From Agathobaculum sp. (GTDB taxonomy: Bacteria; Bacillota; Clostridia; Oscillospirales; Butyricicoccaceae), in NCBI RefSeq assembly GCF_022775115.1, contig NZ_JALFLA010000017.1, forward strand, positions 9,388 through 73,387: DNA of 64,000 bases. The letters are read 5' to 3'. The position numbers and the translations under genes are program-made. The notes beneath the pieces were generated by a model. The model was not told the DNA's origin. It ran no database searches and saw only the letters and a list, made by a program, of their open reading frames with translations. Position 1 is the first letter of the stretch. The number at the start of each line of letters is the position of its first letter. Positions 1 to 8,687 of the stretch are shown here, in pieces.

Positions 1-723
1 GAGACGCCTGCGCGCGGCATCGTGCTCACCTGCAGCCGTCCCGACCTGCCGACAGATGCGCGCAATCTGGCCTACCGCGCGGCCGCGCTGTTCTATGAGC
101 AGACGGGCATCGACCCGGAGACGTGCGTGATCGACATAGAAAAGCACATCCCGGTCGCGGCGGGGCTGGCCGGTGGCTCGACCGACGCGGCGGCCGTGCT
201 GCGCGCGCTCAACGCGCTGCACCAGACCGCGCTGACCGACGACGCGCTGTGCGCGCTGGGGCTGCGGCTGGGCGCGGACGTGCCCTATTGCCTGCGCGGC
301 GGCACGATGCTGGCCGAGGGGATCGGCGAACGGTTGTCGCCCCTGCCGCCCATGCCGCATGCATGGGTCGTGCTGTGCAAGCCGCCCTTTGCGGTGTCAA
401 CGGCCGAAATCTACCGGCAGATCGACGCGGAGGAGCTTGCGCACCGGCCGGACACGGCGGGCATGATCGCCGCGCTCGGGCAGGGTGATCTGGCGGGCGT
501 GGCGGCGCGCCTGTCCAACGTGATGGAGCAGGTGACCGCGCGGCAGCACAGCGAGATCGGCGAGATCTGCGCCTGCCTGCGCGAAAACGGCGCGGCGGGC
601 GCGCGGATGAGCGGCTCCGGGCCGACAGTGTACGGCCTGTTTGCCGACGAGCGCCGCGCCGCCGCGGCAGCAGAGCTGCTCCGCCGCCGCTTTGCGGACA
701 CCTTTTTGACCGAGACTGTATAA
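1..723 (+). CDS. ispE: 4-diphosphocytidyl-2-C-methyl-D-erythritol kinase, 5'-truncated by the window edge
   Basis: GHMP-kinase motifs KHIPVAAGLAGGSTDAAA, LGADVPYC, MSGSGPTVYG; frame open from base 1. Confidence 0.95.
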   Translation, partial: ETPARGIVLTCSRPDLPTDARNLAYRAAALFYEQTGIDPETCVIDIEKHIPVAAGLAGGSTDAAAVLRALNALHQTALTDDALCALGLRLGADVPYCLRGGTMLAEGIGERLSPLPPMPHAWVVLCKPPFAVSTAEIYRQIDAEELAHRPDTAGMIAALGQGDLAGVAARLSNVMEQVTARQHSEIGEICACLRENGAAGARMSGSGPTVYGLFADERRAAAAAELLRRRFADTFLTETV

Positions 724-746
724 CCACACCGTCTTCCGGGCATACT
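718..746 (+). promoter_or_regulatory. sigma-F/G-type (forespore) promoter
   Basis: GTATA (718-722), 15 bp, GGGCATACT (738-746) matches the B. subtilis sigma-F consensus GYWTA-N15-GGnnAnAnT. Confidence 0.6.
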
Positions 747-779
747 GGGAACACCAGATGACGGAAGGCGGTTTTTTAC

Positions 780-1007
780 ATGAGAAAATGGGACAGAACC
801 TCGCTCGCCGCGCTGCTCACCGCGCTTTGCCTGCTGGTGACGGCGGCGTTTTACCCGCCCGCGCCGCAGGCGGCATGGTGGTGCACGGCGTTTTCGGTCA
901 CCTGCCGGGAGATGGCCGCGCCGCAGCAGACGCAGTCCGCAGGCGGGCAGACGGTCGAGTACCGTTGGAAGCTGGCCGAGTGGTGGCGGGCGCGCACGGC
1001 AGACTGA
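780..1007 (+). CDS. small exported/membrane protein with SpoIIR-like WWC and C-terminal motifs (mini-SpoIIR-like)
   Basis: N-terminal hydrophobic segment, WWCTAFSVTC, VEYRWKLAEWW; sigma-F-like promoter; directly after ispE. Confidence 0.6.
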   Translation: MRKWDRTSLAALLTALCLLVTAAFYPPAPQAAWWCTAFSVTCREMAAPQQTQSAGGQTVEYRWKLAEWWRARTAD

Positions 1008-1088
1008 CGGCAAGAAAGACTTGTTCGTATCCGTCCGCTGTGCTATAATTAAGACAGAATCGCAATAAGTATCAGCGGAGGATTGTGT

Positions 1089-1595
1089 ATGAAGCTCATC
1101 AACGAAAAAGGAAAGCTGTTCGGCCTTATCAATATCGTCGATCTGCTTGTGCTCGTGGCGGCGGTCGCGGTCGTCGCCGGCGTGGGCTATAAGCTGTTCG
1201 CACCCAAGATCGCCGAGGTGGCCAGCCCGCAGGTCGGGATGACTACGGTCATCCGTGTGCGCGGCGCAACGCCGTTTCTCGTCAGCGAGGTCGAGCGCAA
1301 CAGTCAGGTCGGCAAAAAGCTGGTCAGCGGCAACGCCTATGTGGACGCGACCATCGAGAGCATGACCATCGAGGACTATGTGCAGCAGGTGACGACAGCT
1401 GACGGCCGTATCGTTGACGCGCTCGACAGCACCAAGCGCGATTTAGTGTTCACCATCAAGACGACCGTGCCCAAGGATACGCCCGCGCCCAAGATCGGCA
1501 CGCAGGAGGTGCGCGCGGGACGCACCTTCATTCTGAAAACCAACGATTTTGAGACGACCGGCAACATTGACTCGGTCGATATCGCGGACGAGTAA
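1089..1595 (+). CDS. DUF4330-family membrane-anchored protein
   Basis: Characteristic N-terminus MKLINEKGKLFGLINIVDLLVL plus one TM helix; GGAGG-type RBS before ATG 1089. Confidence 0.75.
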   Translation: MKLINEKGKLFGLINIVDLLVLVAAVAVVAGVGYKLFAPKIAEVASPQVGMTTVIRVRGATPFLVSEVERNSQVGKKLVSGNAYVDATIESMTIEDYVQQVTTADGRIVDALDSTKRDLVFTIKTTVPKDTPAPKIGTQEVRAGRTFILKTNDFETTGNIDSVDIADE

Positions 1596-1599
1596 GCCG

Positions 1600-3189
1600 A
1601 TGAGAGCGGTTTTTGCAAACAGCGCGTTCGTGCGGGCGCTGCTGCAGCTGCGCGCCTGGTATCACATGGGCGCGCTTGCAGGCTTTTTCCGGCAGGTGCG
1701 CGAGGCCTATCCCGACTCGGTCTTCAAACGCCTGTGGGACGGCTTTTGCGCCGCGCCGCTCTGCACAGCGGCCAACAGCGGTTATGCGCGCCTGCTGGCC
1801 GGGCTGCGCCGCGCGGTCGAGCGGGCGGGCGGCGTGATCGGGCAGAGCGGCGTATACCACCTTTGCCTTGCGGTGTGGCGGCCGGTGAGCGGCTTTCTCG
1901 GCGGCGGGGTGGTCGGGCGCGTCATCCGGTTTTTCGGTGTGCGCGGCCTGCTGCTGACCGCGCTGGCGCTCTATCTGCCGCTGGACTATCTGCTGCGCAG
2001 CGTGTTACAGCTCGGCTTGCTAGCCTCGGTGTGGGATGAGGGCCTGATGCTGGCCGCGTTTGCCTATGTGCTGTGGCACACGGCCATGCGCCGCGCGCCC
2101 ATCCAGTCACGCGGCACCCCGGTGGACGGCTATCTGCTGCTGTTCATCGGCGTGGGATTCTTTTTGATGTGCGCGGTCTCGCCCTATCCGTCCATCGCGG
2201 TGGACGGCTACCGCGCGGTCGTGCAGTATTTGTTCTGGTTCTTCCTCGTCACAAGGCTGATCGAGGATGACCGCGACTTTGCCATCTTTTACGGCGCGCT
2301 GGTCGCCATGGCGGTCATCATCGGCCTGCACGGCATCTATCAGTATATCATCGCCGCTCCGATCCCCGCGGGCTGGGTCTCGCAGACCGAGCAGAGCGTG
2401 CGCACGCGCGTCTATTCGATCACCGGCAGCCCCAACATCATGGGCAGCTTGTTGGTATTATTCGCGCCGATGGTGGCGGGCATCGCGTATTACAGCCGCA
2501 GAATGTGGGTCAAGGTGCTGGCCGTGTGCGCGACCGGCATGATGTGCCTGTCGTGTATATTCACGTTTTCCAAGGGCGCGTGGGGCGGCTTGGCGGTGGC
2601 CGTGCTGGTGTTCGCAGCCTTTCTTGACCGCCGTCTGATCGCGCTGATGGGCGCGGCGGGCGCGGGCGCGCTGCTGGCCATTCCATCCATCGCAAACCGC
2701 ATCACCTACCTGTTCACCGCGGACTATGTCGAGGCCAGCCAGCGCGCGGGCCGCATGGTGCGGTGGGAGACCGGCCTGAACCTGCTGCACGAGTCCAATC
2801 CGTGGCTGGGCTTCGGTCTTGGCCGTTTTGGCGGTGCGGTGGCCATGCAGAACAAGATCATCGAGGAGACCGACGTTTTTGAGTATTTCTATATGGACAA
2901 TTATTACCTCAAAACGCTGGTCGAGATGGGATACATCGGCCTTATCTTCTTCATTATCCTGTTGCTCGGGCTGGTGCTGTGGTGCCTGCGCGCGATCGGT
3001 CGCACCCGGCTGACTGGGGACGACCGCACGCGGGTGCTCGCGGTTTCGATGTTCGCGGGGCTGATGGGCGTGCTGACGCACTGCTATTTTGAAAATATCT
3101 TTGAGGTGCCGTATATGATGGCGTACTTCTGGAGCATGGCTGCGGCCGTGCTGTATCTGGGGTATTTCCGTAAAAAACGGCAGACCTGA
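1600..3189 (+). CDS. O-antigen ligase (WaaL/Wzy_C)-family polytopic membrane protein
   Basis: Many TM helices; RVYSITGSPN, TFSKGAWGG, R..RWETG..L, GFGLGRFG, MDNYYLKTLVEMGYIG motifs. Confidence 0.85.
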   Translation: MRAVFANSAFVRALLQLRAWYHMGALAGFFRQVREAYPDSVFKRLWDGFCAAPLCTAANSGYARLLAGLRRAVERAGGVIGQSGVYHLCLAVWRPVSGFLGGGVVGRVIRFFGVRGLLLTALALYLPLDYLLRSVLQLGLLASVWDEGLMLAAFAYVLWHTAMRRAPIQSRGTPVDGYLLLFIGVGFFLMCAVSPYPSIAVDGYRAVVQYLFWFFLVTRLIEDDRDFAIFYGALVAMAVIIGLHGIYQYIIAAPIPAGWVSQTEQSVRTRVYSITGSPNIMGSLLVLFAPMVAGIAYYSRRMWVKVLAVCATGMMCLSCIFTFSKGAWGGLAVAVLVFAAFLDRRLIALMGAAGAGALLAIPSIANRITYLFTADYVEASQRAGRMVRWETGLNLLHESNPWLGFGLGRFGGAVAMQNKIIEETDVFEYFYMDNYYLKTLVEMGYIGLIFFIILLLGLVLWCLRAIGRTRLTGDDRTRVLAVSMFAGLMGVLTHCYFENIFEVPYMMAYFWSMAAAVLYLGYFRKKRQT

Positions 3190-3348
3190 CACGGCGTGAT
3201 AGGCGCGCTGTGCGTTTGATTGGATGCGTCGCGGCATGGCTGCGGCCGGTGGCTCCGAGCGGCTTAACAGGGGCGCGGCCGCAACCTGTCCTTGGGTAAT
3301 ATTCTATTTTTACTCTGCGCATACTGTTTGCAGAAAGGGGGGTTCTTA

Positions 3349-3540
3349 ATGAACGTCAAGATCGACCGGGACGGCTGCGTTTCCTGCGGACTGTGCGAAA
3401 TGACCTGCCCTGCGGTATTCCGCATCGCGGATGACGGCCTTGCCGAAGTTCATCACCAGCCCGCCTCTGCCGCCGAAGAATCCGGCGCGCAGCAGGCTGC
3501 GGGCGGCTGTCCGGTATCGGTTATCCATACCGATGCGTAG
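3349..3540 (+). CDS. single-cluster [4Fe-4S]/[3Fe-4S] ferredoxin
   Basis: CVSCGLCEMTCP ... GCPVSVI; 63 aa; purine-rich RBS AAAGGGGGG. Confidence 0.9.
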   Translation: MNVKIDRDGCVSCGLCEMTCPAVFRIADDGLAEVHHQPASAAEESGAQQAAGGCPVSVIHTDA

Positions 3541-3607
3541 TAGCCTTGTATGGCTGCAAGCAAAAACCCTGTCTCAAGGGACGGGGTTTTTGCTTGCCGT
3601 GTTTGCA

Positions 3608-4465
3608 TCAGCGCCGCACATATTTGACCGCGCCGAGCGCGGTCTGCGCGCCGTCGGCCACCGCCTTGGCGACCTGTAGGAGGCCGCCCGTGCAGTCGCC
3701 CGCGGCAAAAATGCCGGGCACATTGGTCGCGCCGGTGGCGTCGGTCAGGATGCGCGGGCCGTCGGTCTGCGCGCCGAGCTTGCGCGCAAAGTCCGCGCTG
3801 CCCGCCGTGCCGTAGGCAATAAACACCCCATCGACGGGAAGCGCCTCGCCCTCGGTAAATTCGACGCGCTGCACCTTGTCCTCGCCGACGATGGCCGCGA
3901 GCGGCCGCCGGTCGACCGCTAGCCCCTCAGGCAGTGTGTCGGGCGCGTCTGCCCCGCCGGTCAGCAGCGTGACAGAGGCGGCCACGGGCAGCAGTGTGCG
4001 CGCCTCCTCGAGCGCGTATTCGCCCTCGCCCAGCACCGCGACGGCCTTGCCCCGGTAAAAGAAGGCGTCGCATACCGCGCAGTAGCTGACACCCCGGCCT
4101 TCCAATTCCGCCACGCCGGGCAGCAGGGGCACAGCACGCGGCGCACCGGTGGCCAGAATGACCGCGTCAGCCGCGTAAACGCCTGCCGTGGTCTTGACGG
4201 TGTAGCCCTTTTCCGCGTATTCGATGCCGGTCACCTCGGCCTGCACGAGCGACGCGCCCAGCCGCTCGGCCTGCGCGCGGCCGCGCGCAAGCAGGTCGGG
4301 GCCGGTGAGCGGCTCGGTAAATCCGAAGTAATTCTCGATTTTGTCTGTCTTTTCCAGCGCGCCGCCGTTCCGGTACAGTACGGTGGTCTGCACATTGGAG
4401 CGCGCCGCGTAAACCGCGGCGGACAGCCCGGCCGGGCCGCCGCCGATGATAACGATCGAAGGCAT
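3608..4465 (-). CDS. trxB: thioredoxin-reductase-family flavoprotein
   Basis: IIGGGPAGLSAA FAD motif, VSYCAVCDAFFY CxxC, TNVPGIFAAGDC. Confidence 0.85.
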   Translation of the reverse strand: MPSIVIIGGGPAGLSAAVYAARSNVQTTVLYRNGGALEKTDKIENYFGFTEPLTGPDLLARGRAQAERLGASLVQAEVTGIEYAEKGYTVKTTAGVYAADAVILATGAPRAVPLLPGVAELEGRGVSYCAVCDAFFYRGKAVAVLGEGEYALEEARTLLPVAASVTLLTGGADAPDTLPEGLAVDRRPLAAIVGEDKVQRVEFTEGEALPVDGVFIAYGTAGSADFARKLGAQTDGPRILTDATGATNVPGIFAAGDCTGGLLQVAKAVADGAQTALGAVKYVRR

Positions 4466-4477
4466 AATGATTTCTCC

Positions 4478-5326
4478 TTATTGTTGATAGATTTCGGCTT
4501 CAAATTTATCGTGATACGCCTGCTGCAGCCTGCGCAGCAGCGCGGGCGCTTTGCCGCCGATGGGCGCGCCATCCAGCGCGCAGGCGGGTACGCAGTGCGA
4601 GCCGGTGGACAGGATCAGCACCTCGTCGGCCTTTCTCAGCTCGTCCAGCGTAAAGGGCGCGATACGGGTCGGGATGCCCAGCTTTTCGCAGAGCTGCAAG
4701 CAGTGCAGGCGGGTGACGCTGGGCAGGATCAGCTCGTCCGCCGGGGGCGTGCAGAACACGCCGTCCCACAGCAGGGCAAGGCCGGAATGCGCGCCCTCGG
4801 TCACGCGGCCGTTCCGGTGGTAAACGACCTCCTCACAGCCAGCCTCAGCGGCCTGCTGGAGCGCCATGACGTTGGGGATGAGGTTGAGCGTTTTGATGTT
4901 ACAGTGCAGAAAGCGCGTATCCTCGAGCGAGAGCAGGCGCATGGGCTTGTCCACCGGGTCGAGCGCCACCGGCTCGACAAAGATCAGCAGGCTGGGCGGC
5001 GCGTCCGCGGGAAAGGTGTGGCGGCGGTGGGCGTTGCCGCGCGTCGCCTGCCAATAGAGCATATGGAAGTCCGCGCCGTCCACCTTGCCGCAAAGCTCGC
5101 GCAGCAGTGCGGCCAGTGCGCCGCGCTCCATCGGCGGGCTGATGCGCAGCAGCGCCAGACTGCGGTAAAAGCGGTCAAGATGGTCGTCCAGCGCGAAGAT
5201 CCTGTCGCCGCGCGCAATGGCGGCCTCGTACACACCGTCCCCAAAGTAAAAGCCGCGATCGGTGACCGGCGCGCGCACCTCGTCGATCGCGCCGACCACA
5301 CCGTTGTAATATGCAATATCCCGCAT
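4478..5326 (-). CDS. dat: D-amino-acid aminotransferase (class IV PLP enzyme)
   Basis: DRGFYFGDGVYE, CNIKTLNLIPNV (PLP lysine), TEGAHS, ILPSVTR motifs. Confidence 0.85.
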   Translation of the reverse strand: MRDIAYYNGVVGAIDEVRAPVTDRGFYFGDGVYEAAIARGDRIFALDDHLDRFYRSLALLRISPPMERGALAALLRELCGKVDGADFHMLYWQATRGNAHRRHTFPADAPPSLLIFVEPVALDPVDKPMRLLSLEDTRFLHCNIKTLNLIPNVMALQQAAEAGCEEVVYHRNGRVTEGAHSGLALLWDGVFCTPPADELILPSVTRLHCLQLCEKLGIPTRIAPFTLDELRKADEVLILSTGSHCVPACALDGAPIGGKAPALLRRLQQAYHDKFEAEIYQQ

Positions 5327-5500
5327 GGGATGGATCCCCCTTCGATTCTTTGTCTGTGTATCCAGTATAACGGTTTCGTGCGGGGTTTGCAAGGGCGGGC
5401 GGATGTGCTATAATAAAGCATACCGCGTCCACGGGCGCGGCTTGCGGCCGAGCGGGACAAGCGCATGGCCGCCGCTTTGGCGATAAAGGAGTTGATTTTC

Positions 5501-6061
5501 ATGAAAACCTTGCTGCACGTCTGCTGCGCGCCGTGCTCGATCGTCTGCATCGACACGCTGCGGCAGGAGGGCATAGAGCCGGTGGGGTATTGGTATAACC
5601 CGAATATCCATCCGATGAAGGAATATAAGATGCGCAAAAACACCATGGTCGAGTACGCAAAGAGCATCGGCATGAAGCTCGAGGTGAACAATGAATACGG
5701 GCTGCGCCTCTTTATCGAGGGCGTTTACCCGGATTTTGACCGCCGCTGCGGCTTTTGCTACGCGCTGCGCTTTGACGAGACTGCGCGCTACGCGGCCGAG
5801 CACGGCTATGACTGCTTCACCTCGACACTGTTTGTCAGCCCCTATCAAAATCAGGGGTTGATGCGCGAGACGGCCGAGCGCGCCGCCGCCAAATACGGTG
5901 TGCAGTACCTGCACCGTGATTTTTCGCCCCGCTTCCACGAGGGACAGGACAAGGCGCGCGAGCTGGGGCTGTATATGCAAAACTACTGCGGCTGCGTATT
6001 CTCGGAGGAGGACCGCTACCGAAAAAGACCCAAAAAGAAAAAGGCAGAGGCGGGCGCGTAG
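5501..6061 (+). CDS. queH: epoxyqueuosine reductase QueH
   Basis: LLHVCCAPCS, YNPNIHP, RCGFCY, QNYCGCVFS motifs. Confidence 0.92.
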   Translation: MKTLLHVCCAPCSIVCIDTLRQEGIEPVGYWYNPNIHPMKEYKMRKNTMVEYAKSIGMKLEVNNEYGLRLFIEGVYPDFDRRCGFCYALRFDETARYAAEHGYDCFTSTLFVSPYQNQGLMRETAERAAAKYGVQYLHRDFSPRFHEGQDKARELGLYMQNYCGCVFSEEDRYRKRPKKKKAEAGA

Positions 6062-6210
6062 CGCGCAGACAGCCTGCGAAAAAGGATTTACAGTTAGAAT
6101 GCGGGAGACCTGAGCTACGGCGGTTTCACCAATTGCCGCAGCGGGCAGAGAGATATGGTAATATGACAGAAAAGCAAATCGGAATCTGAAATAGGGAGGG
6201 AAAATAACAG

Positions 6211-6900
6211 ATGAAACGTGTCATAAAAATAGTTACAATAGGAATTTGTGTAGGGTTTGTTCTGGTAATTTTCCAAAAGAGCTTTCGGATTGACGAGACT
6301 GCTTTTATGCGCGGTTATTGGATTGCTGCCCCGGCCATCATAATTGGGGCTGTGTTGATCAATGTATTTTATAACTTAGTCTATCTAAATAAGATGCGAA
6401 AAATCGCAAAGCTGTTGCGTGAGCAAAAGCCGCAGGAATACATCGACGGAATAGAAGCTTTACTCAAAACCGCGAAAGGGAAAAATTTACGAAATATTCT
6501 GACGTTGAATCTGGCTGCTGGATATGTCGAGATAAAACAATTTGACATGGCAATAACTATGCTGGAAGGATTATCTGCTAAGCATCTGAAAGGTTCTGCT
6601 GTAAATGCAGCTCATCGTCTCAATCTCTGCATCAGCTATTTTGAAACCGGACAGCATGAAAAGGCAATGGCGCTATACGATGGGAGTCAAACGCTTTTTA
6701 AGAAATACAGGGATGGAAACATTTATGGCGCCAATATAGCGCTGCTTGATATATTGGCAGCGATAGGGAATAAACAATACGAGCGGGCAGAAAAATTACT
6801 TGATTCGGCAAATAAAACATATGATGATGCCCGGTTTCAAAAAGCATTTCACGAAGTTGCCCATACCTTGAATGAAATTAAGGATAGCCAGCATGAGTAA
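6211..6900 (+). CDS. AT-rich hypothetical membrane protein with a TPR-like helical C-terminal region
   Basis: 229-aa ORF with strong RBS GGGAGGG; two N-terminal TM segments; helical repeats; composition differs visibly from the flanks. Confidence 0.8.
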   Translation: MKRVIKIVTIGICVGFVLVIFQKSFRIDETAFMRGYWIAAPAIIIGAVLINVFYNLVYLNKMRKIAKLLREQKPQEYIDGIEALLKTAKGKNLRNILTLNLAAGYVEIKQFDMAITMLEGLSAKHLKGSAVNAAHRLNLCISYFETGQHEKAMALYDGSQTLFKKYRDGNIYGANIALLDILAAIGNKQYERAEKLLDSANKTYDDARFQKAFHEVAHTLNEIKDSQHE

Positions 6901-7034
6901 CAACTTCCGGTTTATTTTGCACTTGAACAGGCCTCGCCGGTTCAAGGCAAGGCCGGTTCTGTTATTTTAATGAAGGAAAATTGAAATACCCAAAACCAAC
7001 ACATTAAGTTAAAACGGATTTACAGAATGTTCAC

Positions 7035-7063
7035 TTGCCAAACAGAATTTTTTTTGTTAGAAT
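7035..7063 (+). promoter_or_regulatory. sigma-A promoter of the rsmE operon
   Basis: TTGCCA, 17 bp, TAGAAT, with a TG extended -10. Confidence 0.6.
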
Positions 7064-7083
7064 AGGAAAGGTTATTTGTCAAG

Positions 7084-7809
7084 ATGCCGAGATTCTTTGT
7101 CACCGAGCGGCCGGAAAACGGCCGCATCACCCTGCGCGGGCAAAACGCGCACCACGCGGGGCGCGTGCTGCGGCTGCGCCCGGGCGAGCGCGTCACCCTG
7201 TGCGACGGCGCGGGGGAGGATTATGACTGTGTGGTCGAAACGGTGGAAAAGGACGCGGTCGCCTGCCGCGTGACGGCCATCCATCCGTCGGAGACCGAGC
7301 CAAAGCAGCGGCTGACGCTTTTTATGGCGCTGCCCAAGGGGGACAAGATGGAGCTGATCGTGCAAAAGGCGGTCGAGCTGGGGGTGCGCGATATCGTACC
7401 CTTTCTGTCTAAAAACTGCGTCTCCCGTCCGGATAAGACCGCGCAGAAGGTCGCGCGCTGGCAGCGTATCGCCGAGGAGGCGGCCAGCCAGTGCGGACGG
7501 GGCTGGCTGCCGCGCGTGCAGCCGGTCATACCGGCCGGGGAGGCCATCACGCGCGCGGCGCAAAGCGAGACTGCGCTGTTCTTTTATGAAAACGAAACGC
7601 AGACCGGGCTGCGGGCTGCGCTGTCGCGCGGCGTGGGCAGTACGGTCGCGCTGGTGATCGGCCCGGAGGGTGGCTTTGCCCCTGAGGAGGCCGCAGCCGC
7701 AAAGCAGGCCGGGCTGACGAGCGTGTCGCTCGGCCGACGCATCCTGCGGTGTGAAACGGCGCCGATCGCGGCGCTTGCCGCCGTTCTGTATGCGGGCGGC
7801 AATATGTAA
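7084..7809 (+). CDS. rsmE: 16S rRNA m3U1498 methyltransferase
   Basis: HAGRVLRLRPG, KGDKMELIVQKAVELG, IGPEGGF, LGRRILRCETA SPOUT motifs. Confidence 0.95.
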   Translation: MPRFFVTERPENGRITLRGQNAHHAGRVLRLRPGERVTLCDGAGEDYDCVVETVEKDAVACRVTAIHPSETEPKQRLTLFMALPKGDKMELIVQKAVELGVRDIVPFLSKNCVSRPDKTAQKVARWQRIAEEAASQCGRGWLPRVQPVIPAGEAITRAAQSETALFFYENETQTGLRAALSRGVGSTVALVIGPEGGFAPEEAAAAKQAGLTSVSLGRRILRCETAPIAALAAVLYAGGNM

Positions 7810-7831
7810 GATAAAAAGGGAGTGGGCCAAA

Positions 7832-8614
7832 TTGGCGAAGAGCAATGTAAGCAAAAAGCCAATCAGCGAGGAGGAATATACGACCAATAAGGTGCTGACC
7901 GTGTTCAGCGTTTGTCTGCTCGGCGTGTTGGTGCTGATGTTTGTGCAGCGGCAGCTGGATTACGCATCGACTTGGCGCACCGGCATGATGACCGTGCGCG
8001 CGCTGCTCGGCCTTGGTATTGTGGGCGTGCTTTGGGGCTTGTGGCTGCTCGTGTCCGAGCGCACGGGCAAGCGCACAGCCGCACGGCGTATCGTGTGCGG
8101 CCGCCATGTGCTGATTGTCAGCATCGTGCTGATCGCCTGCATGACGGCTGTCTATTATCTTGGCACGCAGCCGATCAAGGGGCTGTATGTGGTGCTGCCC
8201 GCGCTGGCGGTATACTATCTGGTCTACCACTCCTATGCGCCGGAGTTTTTCCTCATCGCGGTGGATGCGGGCGTGGCCGCCGGCCTGATATGGGTGGCGC
8301 ACCGCGCGGCCCTGTCCGCCAGCTACGGCTCGATGGCTTACGCGGCGCTGGGTGCGGCGGTGGTGCTGGCAATCGCGCAGATCGCCTGTGTGTATGGGCT
8401 GCGCGGCAAAAAGGGCGTATTGCAGCGGAGCGGCAAGACGGTCGACCTGCACTTGAGCCGCAACGCCTATCGGATGCTGACCGTCACGCCTGTGGTGATG
8501 GCCGTGTTGGTCGCGGTGGCCGTGCTCATGCCGACGGCCGCCCTCGCGGCGATGGGCATTGCGGCGGCATATCTGTTCATCACGGCGGTGTATTACACGG
8601 TAAAGCTGATGTAA
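7832..8614 (+). CDS. hypothetical polytopic membrane protein
   Basis: About 8 hydrophobic segments; TTG start after AGGGAG. Confidence 0.75.
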   Translation: MAKSNVSKKPISEEEYTTNKVLTVFSVCLLGVLVLMFVQRQLDYASTWRTGMMTVRALLGLGIVGVLWGLWLLVSERTGKRTAARRIVCGRHVLIVSIVLIACMTAVYYLGTQPIKGLYVVLPALAVYYLVYHSYAPEFFLIAVDAGVAAGLIWVAHRAALSASYGSMAYAALGAAVVLAIAQIACVYGLRGKKGVLQRSGKTVDLHLSRNAYRMLTVTPVVMAVLVAVAVLMPTAALAAMGIAAAYLFITAVYYTVKLM

Positions 8615-8687
8615 AGGCCGTTTTACCGGCATAACCAGCGGACGGCATCCCCGTCCGCTTTGCTTTTGGGGGAAAGGAGGAAGCCCT

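Noticed and set aside
5340-5500. preQ1 riboswitch upstream of queH
   Set aside because: No preQ1 core or A-rich tail recognised; only a plain TTGCAA/TATAAT promoter
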